The notes: a model not told the origin generated them from the sequence alone. A stretch of 64,000 nucleotides of DNA from Dehalococcoidia bacterium (GCA_003141235.1 PLLL01000092.1:1891-65890); one strand, 5' to 3'; counted from the first letter of the stretch, positions 17,412 through 27,109 are shown. Numbers and translations are program-made.

Positions 17412-18183
17412 GCAGCACCTCTTCAGTAAATAATCGGTAGGCGTCGGCCCCTTCGGATTTGGGGGCATAGGTGAGTATGGATTCCCCGGCGGCCGGGGCT
17501 TCTTTAAAGCGCACGCTGATGGGGATGGTCGTCTCGAAAACCCTGATTTTATCGCCGAAAGCCCGCTTGGTAACCTCGATAACTTCGCGGCTGTGCAGGG
17601 TGCGGGAGTTGGTCATGGTAAACAGGATACCCAGAATCTCCAGAGAAGGATTGATTTTCTCCTGCACGCGGATGACGGTGTTTAAAAGCATGGCCAGTCC
17701 CTTCATCGCCAGGAAATCGGCCTGTAAAGGTATGAGGACGCTATCGGAAGCGGAAAGCGCGTTGATGGTCAGCAGCCCCAGGCTGGGCAGGCAGTCGATG
17801 AGGACATAATCGTACTCTTTCCGTACCGTCTTGAGCATTTCCTTCAGCATCAGCTCGCGGGTAAAAGCGTTGACCAGGTCAAGCTGCGCCTGTGAAAGCT
17901 CGACGTTGGCCGGGACGAGGTCGATGCCGGGGATGCCGGTGGGGATAATGGCATCGCGCATGGAGACCTTGCCGCTGTTCCTGATGACACTCGTTAAAAC
18001 ATCGTAGCCCGTAACCTTGAGCGTCTCCGGATTTATCCCCAGGCTGATAGTAAGGCTGGCCTGCGGGTCCCAGTCCAACAGGAGCACGCGCTTCTTGTGC
18101 TCGCTCAAGCCATGGGCGAGGGCCACGGCGGTAGTCGTCTTGCCGACGCCGCCTTTTTGATTAGCGATACAAATAACCGGCAT
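17398..18183 (-). CDS. ParA/Soj-family partition ATPase
   Basis: The deviant Walker A motif ICIANQKGGVGKTTTAVALA is present. 261 aa with no N-terminal HTH. Confidence 0.9.
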   Translation of the reverse strand: MPVICIANQKGGVGKTTTAVALAHGLSEHKKRVLLLDWDPQASLTISLGINPETLKVTGYDVLTSVIRNSGKVSMRDAIIPTGIPGIDLVPANVELSQAQLDLVNAFTRELMLKEMLKTVRKEYDYVLIDCLPSLGLLTINALSASDSVLIPLQADFLAMKGLAMLLNTVIRVQEKINPSLEILGILFTMTNSRTLHSREVIEVTKRAFGDKIRVFETTIPISVRFKEAPAAGESILTYAPKSEGADAYRLFTEEVLHEKS

Positions 18184-18345
18184 GGTTGAAACTCCCGAAC
18201 GATTATAGAGGAATTGCGTAACTGCGTCAATTTTATATAGAGGGTATAGGGTAGAGGGAGAAAAAATGGGGGAAAGGAAAAAGGGACGAGGCAGCGGGCT
18301 GGATACCGGCTTTCGCCGGTATGGTTTTCACTATTACCCCCCGCC

Positions 18346-18378
18346 CTGAGATGCTTCGCTTCGCTCCAGCATGACAAG
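18346..18378. repeat. palindromic intergenic repeat (short copy of the GAGAT...ATGACA family)
   Basis: CTGAGATGCTTCGCTTCGCTCCAGCATGACAAG. Confidence 0.55.
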
Positions 18379-18612
18379 ATGAGTAAGGGGAGAGGAAACC
18401 GGAAGGGCGGTTATTACCTCACCCTAAAACGGAACGCAGGAGAAATCGTGTGCTATTTTGTTTGGAGAGGGGGGATTATTGTTAAGAGGGGTGCAGTGAC
18501 CTGCCCCTTTGAAATAGGGGGGCATACGGGAATTTTGCTCTTGCATTCCTTGCCAAAGTAGGCACAAACCTTTATACTGTTCCCAATCCATTAAAACACA
18601 GGAGGTCCAGCC

Positions 18613-19986
18613 ATGACGCCTAGCGTATACCCCAGGGGCACCACCATCTACTATCCGGATAAATGCTGGAATGGCTTCACCCTTTTCCAGGCCACCCTTT
18701 TCCAGAAAAACGATGTCGGCGCTGTCCTGATAGACATGAACGGCGGCGTGGTCAACCGGTGGCGCGGGCTGGATGGCATGCCCAATAAAATGCTTCCCGG
18801 CGGCTCGGTTATGGGCAGCACCGGCTGTAGAAACCCTAAATACGGTTACCAGGACATGCTTGACCTCGTCGAAGTGGACTGGGAAGGCCGCATCGTCTGG
18901 CAGTTCGATAGGTACGAGCGCGTCAAAGACCCCAGCCAGCCGCCGCGCTGGATGGCCCGCCAGCACCACGATTATCAGCGCGAGGGTAATCCAGTCGGCT
19001 ATTACGTCCCCGGCATGGAGCCACGATCTTATCGGGACGGTAAGACGCTTATCCTCTGCCATAAAAACCTCACCGACCTGCGCATCAGCGGACATCCGCT
19101 GGTGGACGACACGATGATTGAGGTGGATGAAAAGGGTAAAATTATCTGGGAGTGGACTTGCAGCGAGCACTTCGACGAGTTGGGCTTCGACGAAGCAGCG
19201 AAAAATACCCTTTCGCGCAACCCCGACCTGGTATTAAACAGTAGCGCGGGCGACTGGATGCACATTAATTCGATGTCCACCCTGGGGACAAACCGCTGGT
19301 ATGACGCCGGTGATACCCGTTTCCACCCGGATAATATCATCTGGGACAGCCGCCAGGCGAACATCATCGCCATCATTGATAAAAAGACGGGTAAAATCAT
19401 CTGGCAATTAGGCCCCTATTTCACCGCTACGGAAGCCCTCCGTAAGTTGGGCCAGATAATCGGCCAGCACCACGCCCACATGATTCCCCGCGGTCTCCCC
19501 GGCGAAGGCAATATCCTGGTTTTCGATAACGGCGGCCGGGCCGGCTACGGCGCTCCCAACCCCGGCGCTCCCACTGGTCTTAGCAACGCTATCAGGGACC
19601 ACTCGCGCGTGCTCGAGTTTAACCCGCTGACGCTGGAAATCGCCTGGCAGTACCCGCCCCGCGGGTCCGGCTCTTTATACAGCAGCTTTGTAAGCTCGGC
19701 GCAGCGCCTCCCCAACGGCAACACCCTCATTACTGAGGGTCAAGGCGGCCGCCTTCTTGAGGTCACGCCGCAGGGTGAAATAGTCTGGGAATACCTCAGC
19801 CCATACACACAAAAGAAGCGCCCCATGAACATGGTTTACCGCGCCTACCGCGTGCCTTACGATTGGGTCCCGCAGGTTGAAAGACCGCTGGAAACCGCTG
19901 TGCCGCGTTTGGATAATAATATATTCAGAGTGCCCGGATCTACGCTTAAAAAGCCGTTAAAAGTGACGAAAGTAAGCAAAAGGTAG
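18613..19986 (+). CDS. arylsulfotransferase (ASST)-family beta-propeller protein
   Basis: 457 aa. Motifs such as DWMHINS, repeated W/G-rich blades and NGNTLITEG are typical of the aryl-sulfate sulfotransferase family. There is no signal peptide. A TTGCCA-17-TATACT promoter lies upstream. Confidence 0.6.
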   Translation: MTPSVYPRGTTIYYPDKCWNGFTLFQATLFQKNDVGAVLIDMNGGVVNRWRGLDGMPNKMLPGGSVMGSTGCRNPKYGYQDMLDLVEVDWEGRIVWQFDRYERVKDPSQPPRWMARQHHDYQREGNPVGYYVPGMEPRSYRDGKTLILCHKNLTDLRISGHPLVDDTMIEVDEKGKIIWEWTCSEHFDELGFDEAAKNTLSRNPDLVLNSSAGDWMHINSMSTLGTNRWYDAGDTRFHPDNIIWDSRQANIIAIIDKKTGKIIWQLGPYFTATEALRKLGQIIGQHHAHMIPRGLPGEGNILVFDNGGRAGYGAPNPGAPTGLSNAIRDHSRVLEFNPLTLEIAWQYPPRGSGSLYSSFVSSAQRLPNGNTLITEGQGGRLLEVTPQGEIVWEYLSPYTQKKRPMNMVYRAYRVPYDWVPQVERPLETAVPRLDNNIFRVPGSTLKKPLKVTKVSKR

Positions 19987-20163
19987 CTTCATAACATTGG
20001 TTACTATGGCAGAGGGGGCAGGTCAGATACCCCTCTCCGCAGGCTATTCCCCGGAAAAACGTTCATAACGGATAACAGCAACGTAAACTCATTATTATAG
20101 CGCGTAAGATGCGCTCGGGGATAAAGGGAGGGAAAATAGAGGGGTGGGGTATAAGCATTTTGG

Positions 20164-20556
20164 TCAGCCGGATATTAATCTCACGATAAAATAAATCAGC
20201 AGGCCGAGCCAGGCTAATCCCAGTAGAACAGCTACCGCGAGGGAAAATATCGTCCAGAGTATAATCCGCTTAACGCTTGTCTGCGCCCTGGCTCTCTTCC
20301 CCACGATGTCAAAGCCCGGGGTAAATACCCTTATCAGAGCCAGCCCGAGCGGAACAACAATGATATCGTCCAGCCAGCCCGCGAAAGGAATGAAGTCCGG
20401 GATTATGTCGAACGGGCTGATTACATAGGCGAGGATAACGGCCAGCCCGATGACCGCGCGCCATTTCACCGAACGCGGTATGGCCGGGTCTTTAAGAACG
20501 AGGTAAATGGTATACGGTGTGGTTAGCCAGTCTGTAATCTGAGAAATAAAGCGCAT
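20164..20556 (-). CDS. DUF1232 (YkvA-like) membrane protein
   Basis: YVISPFDIIPDFIPFAGWLDDIIVV is the DUF1232 signature. Confidence 0.85.
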   Translation of the reverse strand: MRFISQITDWLTTPYTIYLVLKDPAIPRSVKWRAVIGLAVILAYVISPFDIIPDFIPFAGWLDDIIVVPLGLALIRVFTPGFDIVGKRARAQTSVKRIILWTIFSLAVAVLLGLAWLGLLIYFIVRLISG

Positions 20557-20701
20557 GAGATAATAAACCTCTCAAAATTATATTACCACGAAGTAAATGG
20601 ACCTGACCTGATAAAGAGGCCTGTATATTAACGATTTTTGATAAAATCCTTAAGAAAATCAATTTATTTAAACCATTTTCTAAAAATAATTGAGAAAGGT
20701 A

Positions 20702-20730
20702 TTGACAATATCAATATGCGGCATTATAAT
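20702..20730 (+). promoter_or_regulatory. consensus sigma70 promoter of the DUF2089 operon
   Basis: TTGACA (20702-07), 17 nt, TATAAT (20725-30). Confidence 0.75.
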
Positions 20731-20779
20731 ATGTTAAGAAAATTAAGTCGGACATTAATAAAGTTAAGGTTGATGCAAA

Positions 20780-21142
20780 ATGGCTAAAGAGTGGCAGGAA
20801 CTAACCAAGATGACCCAGGGCAAAGCGATAACGGTAGAGCGCGTCCGCCTGGTGGATACCGATATCGCCATTGAGGGGAGCTTCACGCTGCCGCCCCTGG
20901 CCAATCTCTCCGCCGAGGACCAGTTCTTCGTGATGGCGTTTGTCCGCTGTCGCGGCTCCATTAAAGAAATGGAAGAGATGTTCGGCATCAGCTATCCCAC
21001 GGTGAAAAATCGGATTAACCGCATCGCCGGGCAGTTTGAGTTCGTTGAGAATGTAAAAGTCACGCCGCAGGAAGAAGTCCTTTCCGAGCTTGAGCGCGGT
21101 GAAATAAACGCCGCTGAGGCGATAAGGAGGCTGCAAAAATGA
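20780..21142 (+). CDS. DUF2089-family DNA-binding protein (lacks the usual Zn-ribbon cysteines)
   Basis: LSAEDQFFVMAFVRCRGSIKEMEEMFGISYPTVKNRINRI matches the DUF2089 HTH core. The N-terminal part has no CxxC pairs. Confidence 0.75.
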   Translation: MAKEWQELTKMTQGKAITVERVRLVDTDIAIEGSFTLPPLANLSAEDQFFVMAFVRCRGSIKEMEEMFGISYPTVKNRINRIAGQFEFVENVKVTPQEEVLSELERGEINAAEAIRRLQK

Positions 21143-21414
21143 CCTGGCCCCCCATGTTGATGAAAATCCATGTCAAAAATGAAACCCACGATTTCGGGTT
21201 CTGGCTGCCGATATTCCTGGTGCTGCCGGTGGCGCTGGTGGTTTTGATTATCTTGTTGCCACTAATAATTGTCGGCATGATTATCTTCTGGGATAGCTGG
21301 GGAGTGTGGGCGCTTAAAGTCCTGTGGGCCGCTATCGTGTCCTACTGGTCGCTGCACGGTCTTGAGGTAGATGTTCAAAACGGCAATAAATACGTCTATG
21401 TTTCCGTGGTATAA
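21139..21414 (+). CDS. small membrane protein
   Basis: 91 aa with two or three TM helices. Its ATGA start overlaps the stop of the previous gene. Confidence 0.6.
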   Translation: MTWPPMLMKIHVKNETHDFGFWLPIFLVLPVALVVLIILLPLIIVGMIIFWDSWGVWALKVLWAAIVSYWSLHGLEVDVQNGNKYVYVSVV

Positions 21415-21436
21415 ACGGGTATAGGAGGCAAATATA

Positions 21437-21925
21437 ATGAGTGAGAGTCAGAAAAAAATACTGGAGATGCTGGCCGAGAACAAAATCAGCGTCGATGATG
21501 CCCACCGGTTACTTAGCGCCCTTGGCGCCGAGGAGGGAGCGCATACCGGGAACAAGAATACCGGGCAGGATGCGGCCGGGAATCTGGTAAACAAGGTTTT
21601 AAGCAGCCGCAAATACCTGCGCGTCACCGTTACGCCGCCCGAAGGGGGGACCGATGATAAAGGGAACCCGTTCCATGACGGCAATGTGGGGCGGGTAAAT
21701 GTCCGCATACCGATGTCTTTAGTGCGCGCCGGCATCAAATTAACCTCTCTGATACCCGCCGACGCTCTGGATAAGGCCAACAGCGCCCTGAGGGAAAAAG
21801 GCATCAAATTCGATGTGCGCAACATCAAGCAGGAAGATATCGAAGAGCTCATCGACGCGCTGGGGGACATGCAAATCGACGTAGAGGGCGGCAAAGGCGA
21901 AAAAGTAAAAGTATTCGTAGAATAA
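21437..21925 (+). CDS. SHOCT-like domain protein
   Basis: The N-terminal ILEMLAENKISVDDAHRLLSALG is the SHOCT-like helix pair often found with DUF2089. AGGAGG lies upstream. Confidence 0.55.
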   Translation: MSESQKKILEMLAENKISVDDAHRLLSALGAEEGAHTGNKNTGQDAAGNLVNKVLSSRKYLRVTVTPPEGGTDDKGNPFHDGNVGRVNVRIPMSLVRAGIKLTSLIPADALDKANSALREKGIKFDVRNIKQEDIEELIDALGDMQIDVEGGKGEKVKVFVE

Positions 21926-21947
21926 AGAATTAACGAGGAGGAACAAA

Positions 21948-22148
21948 ATGGGTTACTTTAGAATTCTGGCAGCCATTCCGGGTTTTTTCCTGAGCGCTTT
22001 TTTACTAATGCTCATCTGGGGGTGGCTGATTACGCCCGAATTTGGTCTGGCCACTATCAGTTATGTGCATTCGATGCTGATTACGATTGTCCTCTGGATA
22101 ACCGTCGCGCCCCTGGCCGCAGGCGGACGATGGCATCATCATCATTAA
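21948..22148 (+). CDS. small membrane protein with natural C-terminal HHHH
   Basis: 66 aa with two TM helices, ending ...GGRWHHHH. GAGGAGG lies upstream. Confidence 0.55.
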   Translation: MGYFRILAAIPGFFLSAFLLMLIWGWLITPEFGLATISYVHSMLITIVLWITVAPLAAGGRWHHHH

Positions 22149-22179
22149 AGAAGTTAACGCGGGGCTGGTGAAGACAGGT

Positions 22180-24099
22180 TTACTTTGCCAGTCCCTGCTT
22201 TTGCAGGTCGGCGGCGATATCGCCGAGCTGCAGCTCTTCCAATCTGGCTTTGGTCGGCAGGCCGTTTACATCCCAGCCGCGTAACGCGTAATATTCATCC
22301 TTCATCTTTTCAAAAGCTTCCCGTTCGACGGTCTTTCCCTCGCGGGAAAGCACTTCTCCATCGCGTCCCGGCGTCAGGCAATCCCTGGAAATGAACAGCT
22401 CGCCCTTGCGCAGGGGCACTTCAAAAAGATAATCCAGCAGGCGGTCGTCTTTGCGCCCCGCCCATCCCTGGCGGAGCTGTATCGCCCTCTGGAGATTGAA
22501 GATTTTTTCACCGATTTTAATGAAACCGGCTTCGTCCGTTTCTTTTCCCGTAATCGCCGTATAAATCTGGTTTTCCAGGGTGGGGTCGCCGACATGCCCG
22601 CCTTCGTATTTTGCCCAAATCATCGGCCACCTGAAATCACACAGGACGAGGCTTTCCTTGGTGTAAGTGCGGTCCTGGATTTTTTTGGCTGCCAGGGCTT
22701 TGCCGGCGTAGGTCGAGAAGTCAGCCGCCAGTTCGCTGCCCCAATACCTTTTGGCGGCCTCGCGGAAATCAGCGGTAGTGAAAAAAGCGTTTTGCTGCTT
22801 CCCCAGCCAGCCGAGCCACATCCTTAAAATATTGCTTTGCTCATGCAGCTGCTGTATCGGCCTTCTCGACTCGGTGGCATAGAGCAGCCCCGAGGTAATA
22901 AAAAGCCTCGGGTCGTAGTCCTTGGTCTCGCTCCCACGTGTGGCGACGAACTCGCTTAAAAGTTTTTGCGCGCCTTCGCCGAGGGATGCTGCCGTAGCAA
23001 TAGTGCCCCGAGCCAGCGTATCCCCGAAACCTTCACGGAAAGCTATCTTTCCGGTCAGCGACTCAATAAACTCTGCGCTACCGAACTTCGACAGCGGCAG
23101 GCAGGCTGCCTCTTCACTTAAAATGCCTTCGCGGTAACACGCGCCGACTAAATCGATAAGGCCCTGCATCACGGCGGAATCGAGTCCGTAAGCGTCGCAA
23201 AGTTGAGTGGCCAGCTGCTGCACCTCTATTTTGGGGCCGGAGTAAGCCTTGACCGGTTGTTCGTAGAGGATAGTCGCCTGGCACAGCGACTTGTAGCTGC
23301 GTCCATCTTTACCGGAATACACCTGGCGGTCACACCCGAGGCCGCACCCGTAGCAGGCCTGGGGCCTGGTCACTCCCGGGATTTCCCACGGCCTGGGACC
23401 AGCTTTGTAATCCCGCATCTTCCGGACATGGTCGGCGAGAAGTCTCAGCGCGGCCGGGTCGGCGGCGGACGGCTTTTTTTCACCGGCTACCACGATAGCT
23501 TTCAGGTTTTTCGAACCCATAGTGCTGCCGATGCCGCCGGAGCCGGAAGCACCCTGTTCCGCGAAAATGGTAGCAAAAGCGATACCGTTCTCCGCGGCGG
23601 GGCCGATAGTCAGCACGCTGGCGCTTTTGCCGAGTTCCGCTTTCAAGAGGTCAACCGTTTCAAAGGTGGTCTTGCCCCACAGGTGAGAAGCATCTTTAAT
23701 TTCTACAGCGCCGTCATGTATCCAGAGATATACAGGTTTCTCCGCTTTACCCTGCACGGCGATGCCGTCATAGCCGGCGTATTTGAGCCGGACGCCCCAC
23801 CCTCCGCCCAGGTTGCTGTAGGTAAAAGCTTCCTGGTCTAATAGGGCCGATTTACCGCAGGCAACCCAGCGGCCGCCGGCAAACCCGGGAAAACCGGCTA
23901 CGGGGCCGCTGGCGCAGATAAAGCAGTTCTCCGGGTCGGCCACTTTAGCGTTGGGCGGCACCATTTCCCAGTAGAGCCGGGCGGCGATACCGCGCCCGCC
24001 GATATACTTATCCGCATAATTGGAGGTAGGTAATTTTGTTATTTTACCATCGGACAGGTCAACTTTTAATATCTCTCCGGCGTAGCCGAAATCAGGCAT
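22180..24099 (-). CDS. aldehyde:ferredoxin oxidoreductase (AOR) family tungsten/molybdopterin enzyme
   Basis: The N-terminal GYAGEILKVDLSDGKI...YIGGRGIAARL and the 4Fe-4S ligand motif CYGCGLGC are typical of the AOR family. 639 aa. Confidence 0.9.
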   Translation of the reverse strand: MPDFGYAGEILKVDLSDGKITKLPTSNYADKYIGGRGIAARLYWEMVPPNAKVADPENCFICASGPVAGFPGFAGGRWVACGKSALLDQEAFTYSNLGGGWGVRLKYAGYDGIAVQGKAEKPVYLWIHDGAVEIKDASHLWGKTTFETVDLLKAELGKSASVLTIGPAAENGIAFATIFAEQGASGSGGIGSTMGSKNLKAIVVAGEKKPSAADPAALRLLADHVRKMRDYKAGPRPWEIPGVTRPQACYGCGLGCDRQVYSGKDGRSYKSLCQATILYEQPVKAYSGPKIEVQQLATQLCDAYGLDSAVMQGLIDLVGACYREGILSEEAACLPLSKFGSAEFIESLTGKIAFREGFGDTLARGTIATAASLGEGAQKLLSEFVATRGSETKDYDPRLFITSGLLYATESRRPIQQLHEQSNILRMWLGWLGKQQNAFFTTADFREAAKRYWGSELAADFSTYAGKALAAKKIQDRTYTKESLVLCDFRWPMIWAKYEGGHVGDPTLENQIYTAITGKETDEAGFIKIGEKIFNLQRAIQLRQGWAGRKDDRLLDYLFEVPLRKGELFISRDCLTPGRDGEVLSREGKTVEREAFEKMKDEYYALRGWDVNGLPTKARLEELQLGDIAADLQKQGLAK

Positions 24100-24145
24100 A
24101 AACGGTTATCTCCCCCTCGATTCAAGCATTGGTTTAAAGCAGCGA

Positions 24146-24215
24146 GTGAGATTGCCACGTCGCTCGCATTTATTGAAAACGTGTTCTGTAAAAGGGACGC
24201 TCCTCGCAATGACAG
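24146..24215. repeat. palindromic intergenic repeat (GAGATTGC...CGCAATGACAG family, long copy)
   Basis: GTGAGATTGCCACGTCGCTCGC...GGGACGCTCCTCGCAATGACAG with imperfect inverted ends. It lies between the co-oriented SDR and AOR genes. Confidence 0.6.
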
Positions 24216-24231
24216 ACCCATGTTATATCCT

Positions 24232-24999
24232 TTACACCATCACGCTGCCGCCGTTGACCACGATGTATTGCCCGGTGACAAAATCAGAGTCCGCCGAAGC
24301 TAAAAATACCGCCGTGCCCGGCAGGTCGGCGGGTTCTTCACGGCGCTTAATGGCCTGCGCCTCTATCGTAGCTTTGGTGGTGTTTGCGTTGCTGCCCTGT
24401 CCCAGGCTCGCCTCCGTAGCAGTGTACCCCGGGGCGATGCTGTTGACGTTGATGCCGGAAGGCCCCAGCGCCCGGGCCAGGCATTGCGTCAGCGTATAGA
24501 CGGCGGACTTGCTGCAGGCGTACGGCAGGAAATTAAAGCCCCCGGCCACTTTAAAGACATCCGAGGCGATATTAATTATTTTGCCTTTGCCCGCCTTGAC
24601 CATGAGGGGCGCGATAGCTTTACAGCACAGCCAAGTCCCGCGCACATTCACCTCGAACATGTGGTCCCATTCTTCTATAGACCAGGCGTCCCAGTCTTTA
24701 TGTTCAATTCCATAGTAGATGGCGGCGTTATTGAGGAGGATATCCACCCGCCCGTATAATTTTTGAACTTCGGCGGCTATTTTTTGCGTGTCTTTTTCGC
24801 TGGAGATATCGGCCAGCATAGCGGCTGCCTGACCGCCTTTAGCTTTAATTTCTTTCGCGGTGGCCTCGGCGCGCTCCAGGCTGATATCGGGGAGTAGCAG
24901 TTTTGCCCCTTCCGCGGCGAACCGCAGCGCGAAGGCTTTGCCCAGGCCGCGTCCGGCCCCGGTAATGATAGCGACCTTATCCTTCAATACGGGTGACAT
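24232..24999 (-). CDS. short-chain dehydrogenase/reductase (FabG-like)
   Basis: TGAGRGLG cofactor motif, NNAA, and a YxxxK catalytic pair (YACSK). 255 aa. Confidence 0.9.
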   Translation of the reverse strand: MSPVLKDKVAIITGAGRGLGKAFALRFAAEGAKLLLPDISLERAEATAKEIKAKGGQAAAMLADISSEKDTQKIAAEVQKLYGRVDILLNNAAIYYGIEHKDWDAWSIEEWDHMFEVNVRGTWLCCKAIAPLMVKAGKGKIINIASDVFKVAGGFNFLPYACSKSAVYTLTQCLARALGPSGINVNSIAPGYTATEASLGQGSNANTTKATIEAQAIKRREEPADLPGTAVFLASADSDFVTGQYIVVNGGSVMV

Positions 25000-25065
25000 A
25001 TGGGCCTCCTCGGAAGTATTTAAAAGTACTCTGTAATCGTGATTCTACAACTATACCGTTATATC

Positions 25066-25083
25066 GTCAATGTACATATTGAC
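25066..25083. promoter_or_regulatory. palindromic operator candidate overlapping the -35 box of the second AOR gene
   Basis: GTCAAT-GTACAT-ATTGAC has 6-bp inverted arms. It overlaps TTGACA (25079-84), which is followed after 17 nt by TAATCT (25102-07). Confidence 0.4.
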
Positions 25084-25151
25084 AATCAGAGAATCCCATT
25101 GTAATCTTATATTGCTCGCAATACAACGTATTTATAGCTAAGGAGGCGCAC

Positions 25152-27008
25152 ATGGCACATGGTTTCATGGGTAAAATTCTCTGGGTAGACCTTACTAAAA
25201 AGAAAATCAAGGAAGAAGAGCTTGACGAGAAGATGTGGCGGGATTATCTGGGCGGCTACGGCCTGGGCGCAAGGATTCTGTTCGACCGGCAGAAACCCGG
25301 CGTCGACCCGCTGGGGAAGGATAATATCCTGGGACTGGTGACGGGCGTGCTGACCGGCACTCCGGCGCTCGGCGGTTCACGCTATATCATGGTCGGAAAA
25401 TCGCCGCTGACCGGCGGCTGGGGCGATGCCAACTCCGGCGGCAATGTCGGGCCTGCCCTGAAATTCGCCGGCTACGATGCGGTTTTCTTCACCGGTAAAT
25501 CGGATAAACCGGTCTATCTCTTTATTAATAACGGCAAGGCCGAGATAAAAGACGCCGCTAAAATCTGGGGCAAAGACACCTTCGAGACCGAAGATATTTT
25601 AAGGGCTGAACTGGGTAAAGACGTCGAAATCGCCTGCATCGGCCCGTCGGGTGAAAAGCTGGCCCTCACCGCCGCGGTCATGAACAATAAAGGCCGCGCC
25701 GCCGCGCGTTCCGGCCTGGCCGCGGTCATGGGTTCCAAGAAGCTCAAGGCCATCGCCTTAAAAGGCAACATGAAAATACCCATGCCTGATGAGCAAAAGG
25801 CCAGCGAAATGAGGAAAAACCTCATCGCGAATATGAGACCAAGCGCAAAATTCGTGAGCGATTTCGGCACGCCGGGCATTTTCAATCCGTGTGTTGAATC
25901 CGATGACGCCCCGTGCAAGAACTGGGCCGGTGTAACTACCATCGACTTCCCACAGTATAAGGACATCGGCGGCCAGCCGACGATTGCTAAACAGGAAAAG
26001 AAATACGGCTGCTGGCATTGCCCCATCGCCTGCGGCGGGCACATGAAAGCCAGCACCGGCGAATACAAATATGAAGCCGGCGCCCATAAGCCCGAGTACG
26101 AAACGCTCGCCATGTTCGGCAGCAACCTCCTTAACGATAACCTGGAATCGATTATCAAGCTCAACGATATCTGCAACCGCTACGGCCTGGATACCATTTC
26201 GGCGGGCGCATGTATCGCCTTCACCATCGAATGCTACGAGAATGGCATTCTCACGAAGAAAGACACCGATGGACTGGAGATGAAGTGGGGCAATACCAAA
26301 GCCATCGTGGCCATGACAGAAAAGCTGGCCAAACGAGAAGGTTTCGGCAATATTCTGGCTGACGGCGTTAAAATCGCCGCCAAGAAAATCGGCAAAGGCT
26401 CGGAAAAGTATGCCATGCATGTCGGCGGCGAAGAGATTGCAGCCCACGATACAAGAGGAGGCCCCGGCTTTGCCATCGGCTACGGCGCGGAGCCGACCCC
26501 GGGGCGGCATACCCAGGGTGGCGAAGGCCCGCATCCGCCCGGCGTGATGATTGAACCCCCCGGCTTTGACCGCGGCGCCTATAAAGGACGCGGACAGTAC
26601 CATAAGCGCGGCGCCTGCGTATGTGAAGTATATAACGCTGCAGGCATCTGCATGATTGTCTTCGGAGATGGCTACGGCAATCTAGGCCAGTTTGTCGAAG
26701 CGATGCAGACCATCACCGGCTGGGATATAACCATGGATGAACTCCTCAAAACAGGTGAAAGAATATATAACATACGGCTGGCTTTTAACGCCCGCGAAGG
26801 CCTGAAAATACCGTTCGAACTACCTGAAAGGATGATGGGTATACCTCCCAAGAAAGTCGGCCCGCGCGCCGGCATCACCATGAACAAAGAGGATACGTTT
26901 AACGAGTATCTCGAAGCGATGGGTGTGGATTTAAAGGCAGGCAAGCCGGGTAAGAAGAGGCTCGAAGAGCTAGGTATGGCGGATGTCGCTAAAGTGCTCT
27001 GGAAATAA
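25152..27008 (+). CDS. aldehyde:ferredoxin oxidoreductase (AOR) family enzyme, second paralog
   Basis: GFMGKILWVDLTKKKI...YLGGYGLGARI and the motif CWHCPIAC. 618 aa. Confidence 0.9.
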   Translation: MAHGFMGKILWVDLTKKKIKEEELDEKMWRDYLGGYGLGARILFDRQKPGVDPLGKDNILGLVTGVLTGTPALGGSRYIMVGKSPLTGGWGDANSGGNVGPALKFAGYDAVFFTGKSDKPVYLFINNGKAEIKDAAKIWGKDTFETEDILRAELGKDVEIACIGPSGEKLALTAAVMNNKGRAAARSGLAAVMGSKKLKAIALKGNMKIPMPDEQKASEMRKNLIANMRPSAKFVSDFGTPGIFNPCVESDDAPCKNWAGVTTIDFPQYKDIGGQPTIAKQEKKYGCWHCPIACGGHMKASTGEYKYEAGAHKPEYETLAMFGSNLLNDNLESIIKLNDICNRYGLDTISAGACIAFTIECYENGILTKKDTDGLEMKWGNTKAIVAMTEKLAKREGFGNILADGVKIAAKKIGKGSEKYAMHVGGEEIAAHDTRGGPGFAIGYGAEPTPGRHTQGGEGPHPPGVMIEPPGFDRGAYKGRGQYHKRGACVCEVYNAAGICMIVFGDGYGNLGQFVEAMQTITGWDITMDELLKTGERIYNIRLAFNAREGLKIPFELPERMMGIPPKKVGPRAGITMNKEDTFNEYLEAMGVDLKAGKPGKKRLEELGMADVAKVLWK

Positions 27009-27033
27009 AAAAATAATCAGTCCGGTAATGTTT

Positions 27034-27060
27034 CGAGGCCTCCTGCATAAGGGGGCCTCG
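27034..27060 (+). terminator. terminator hairpin after AOR paralog 2
   Basis: CGAGGCCTCC(27034-43)/GGGGGCCTCG(27051-60) with a 7-nt loop, followed by CTGTTTAATATT. Confidence 0.55.
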
Positions 27061-27080
27061 CTGTTTAATATTGAAGACGA

Positions 27081-27109
27081 TTGAAAATCATAGCTATTTA
27101 TGATATAAT
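27081..27109 (+). promoter_or_regulatory. promoter driving the fluoride riboswitch leader
   Basis: TTGAAA (27081-86), 17 nt, TATAAT (27104-09). Confidence 0.7.

Noticed and set aside
24100-25151. Searched the regions upstream of both AOR genes for a molybdenum/tungsten cofactor riboswitch.
   Set aside because: The leaders are short and show none of the conserved Moco-motif blocks that I can recall. One leader is occupied by the palindromic repeat element.
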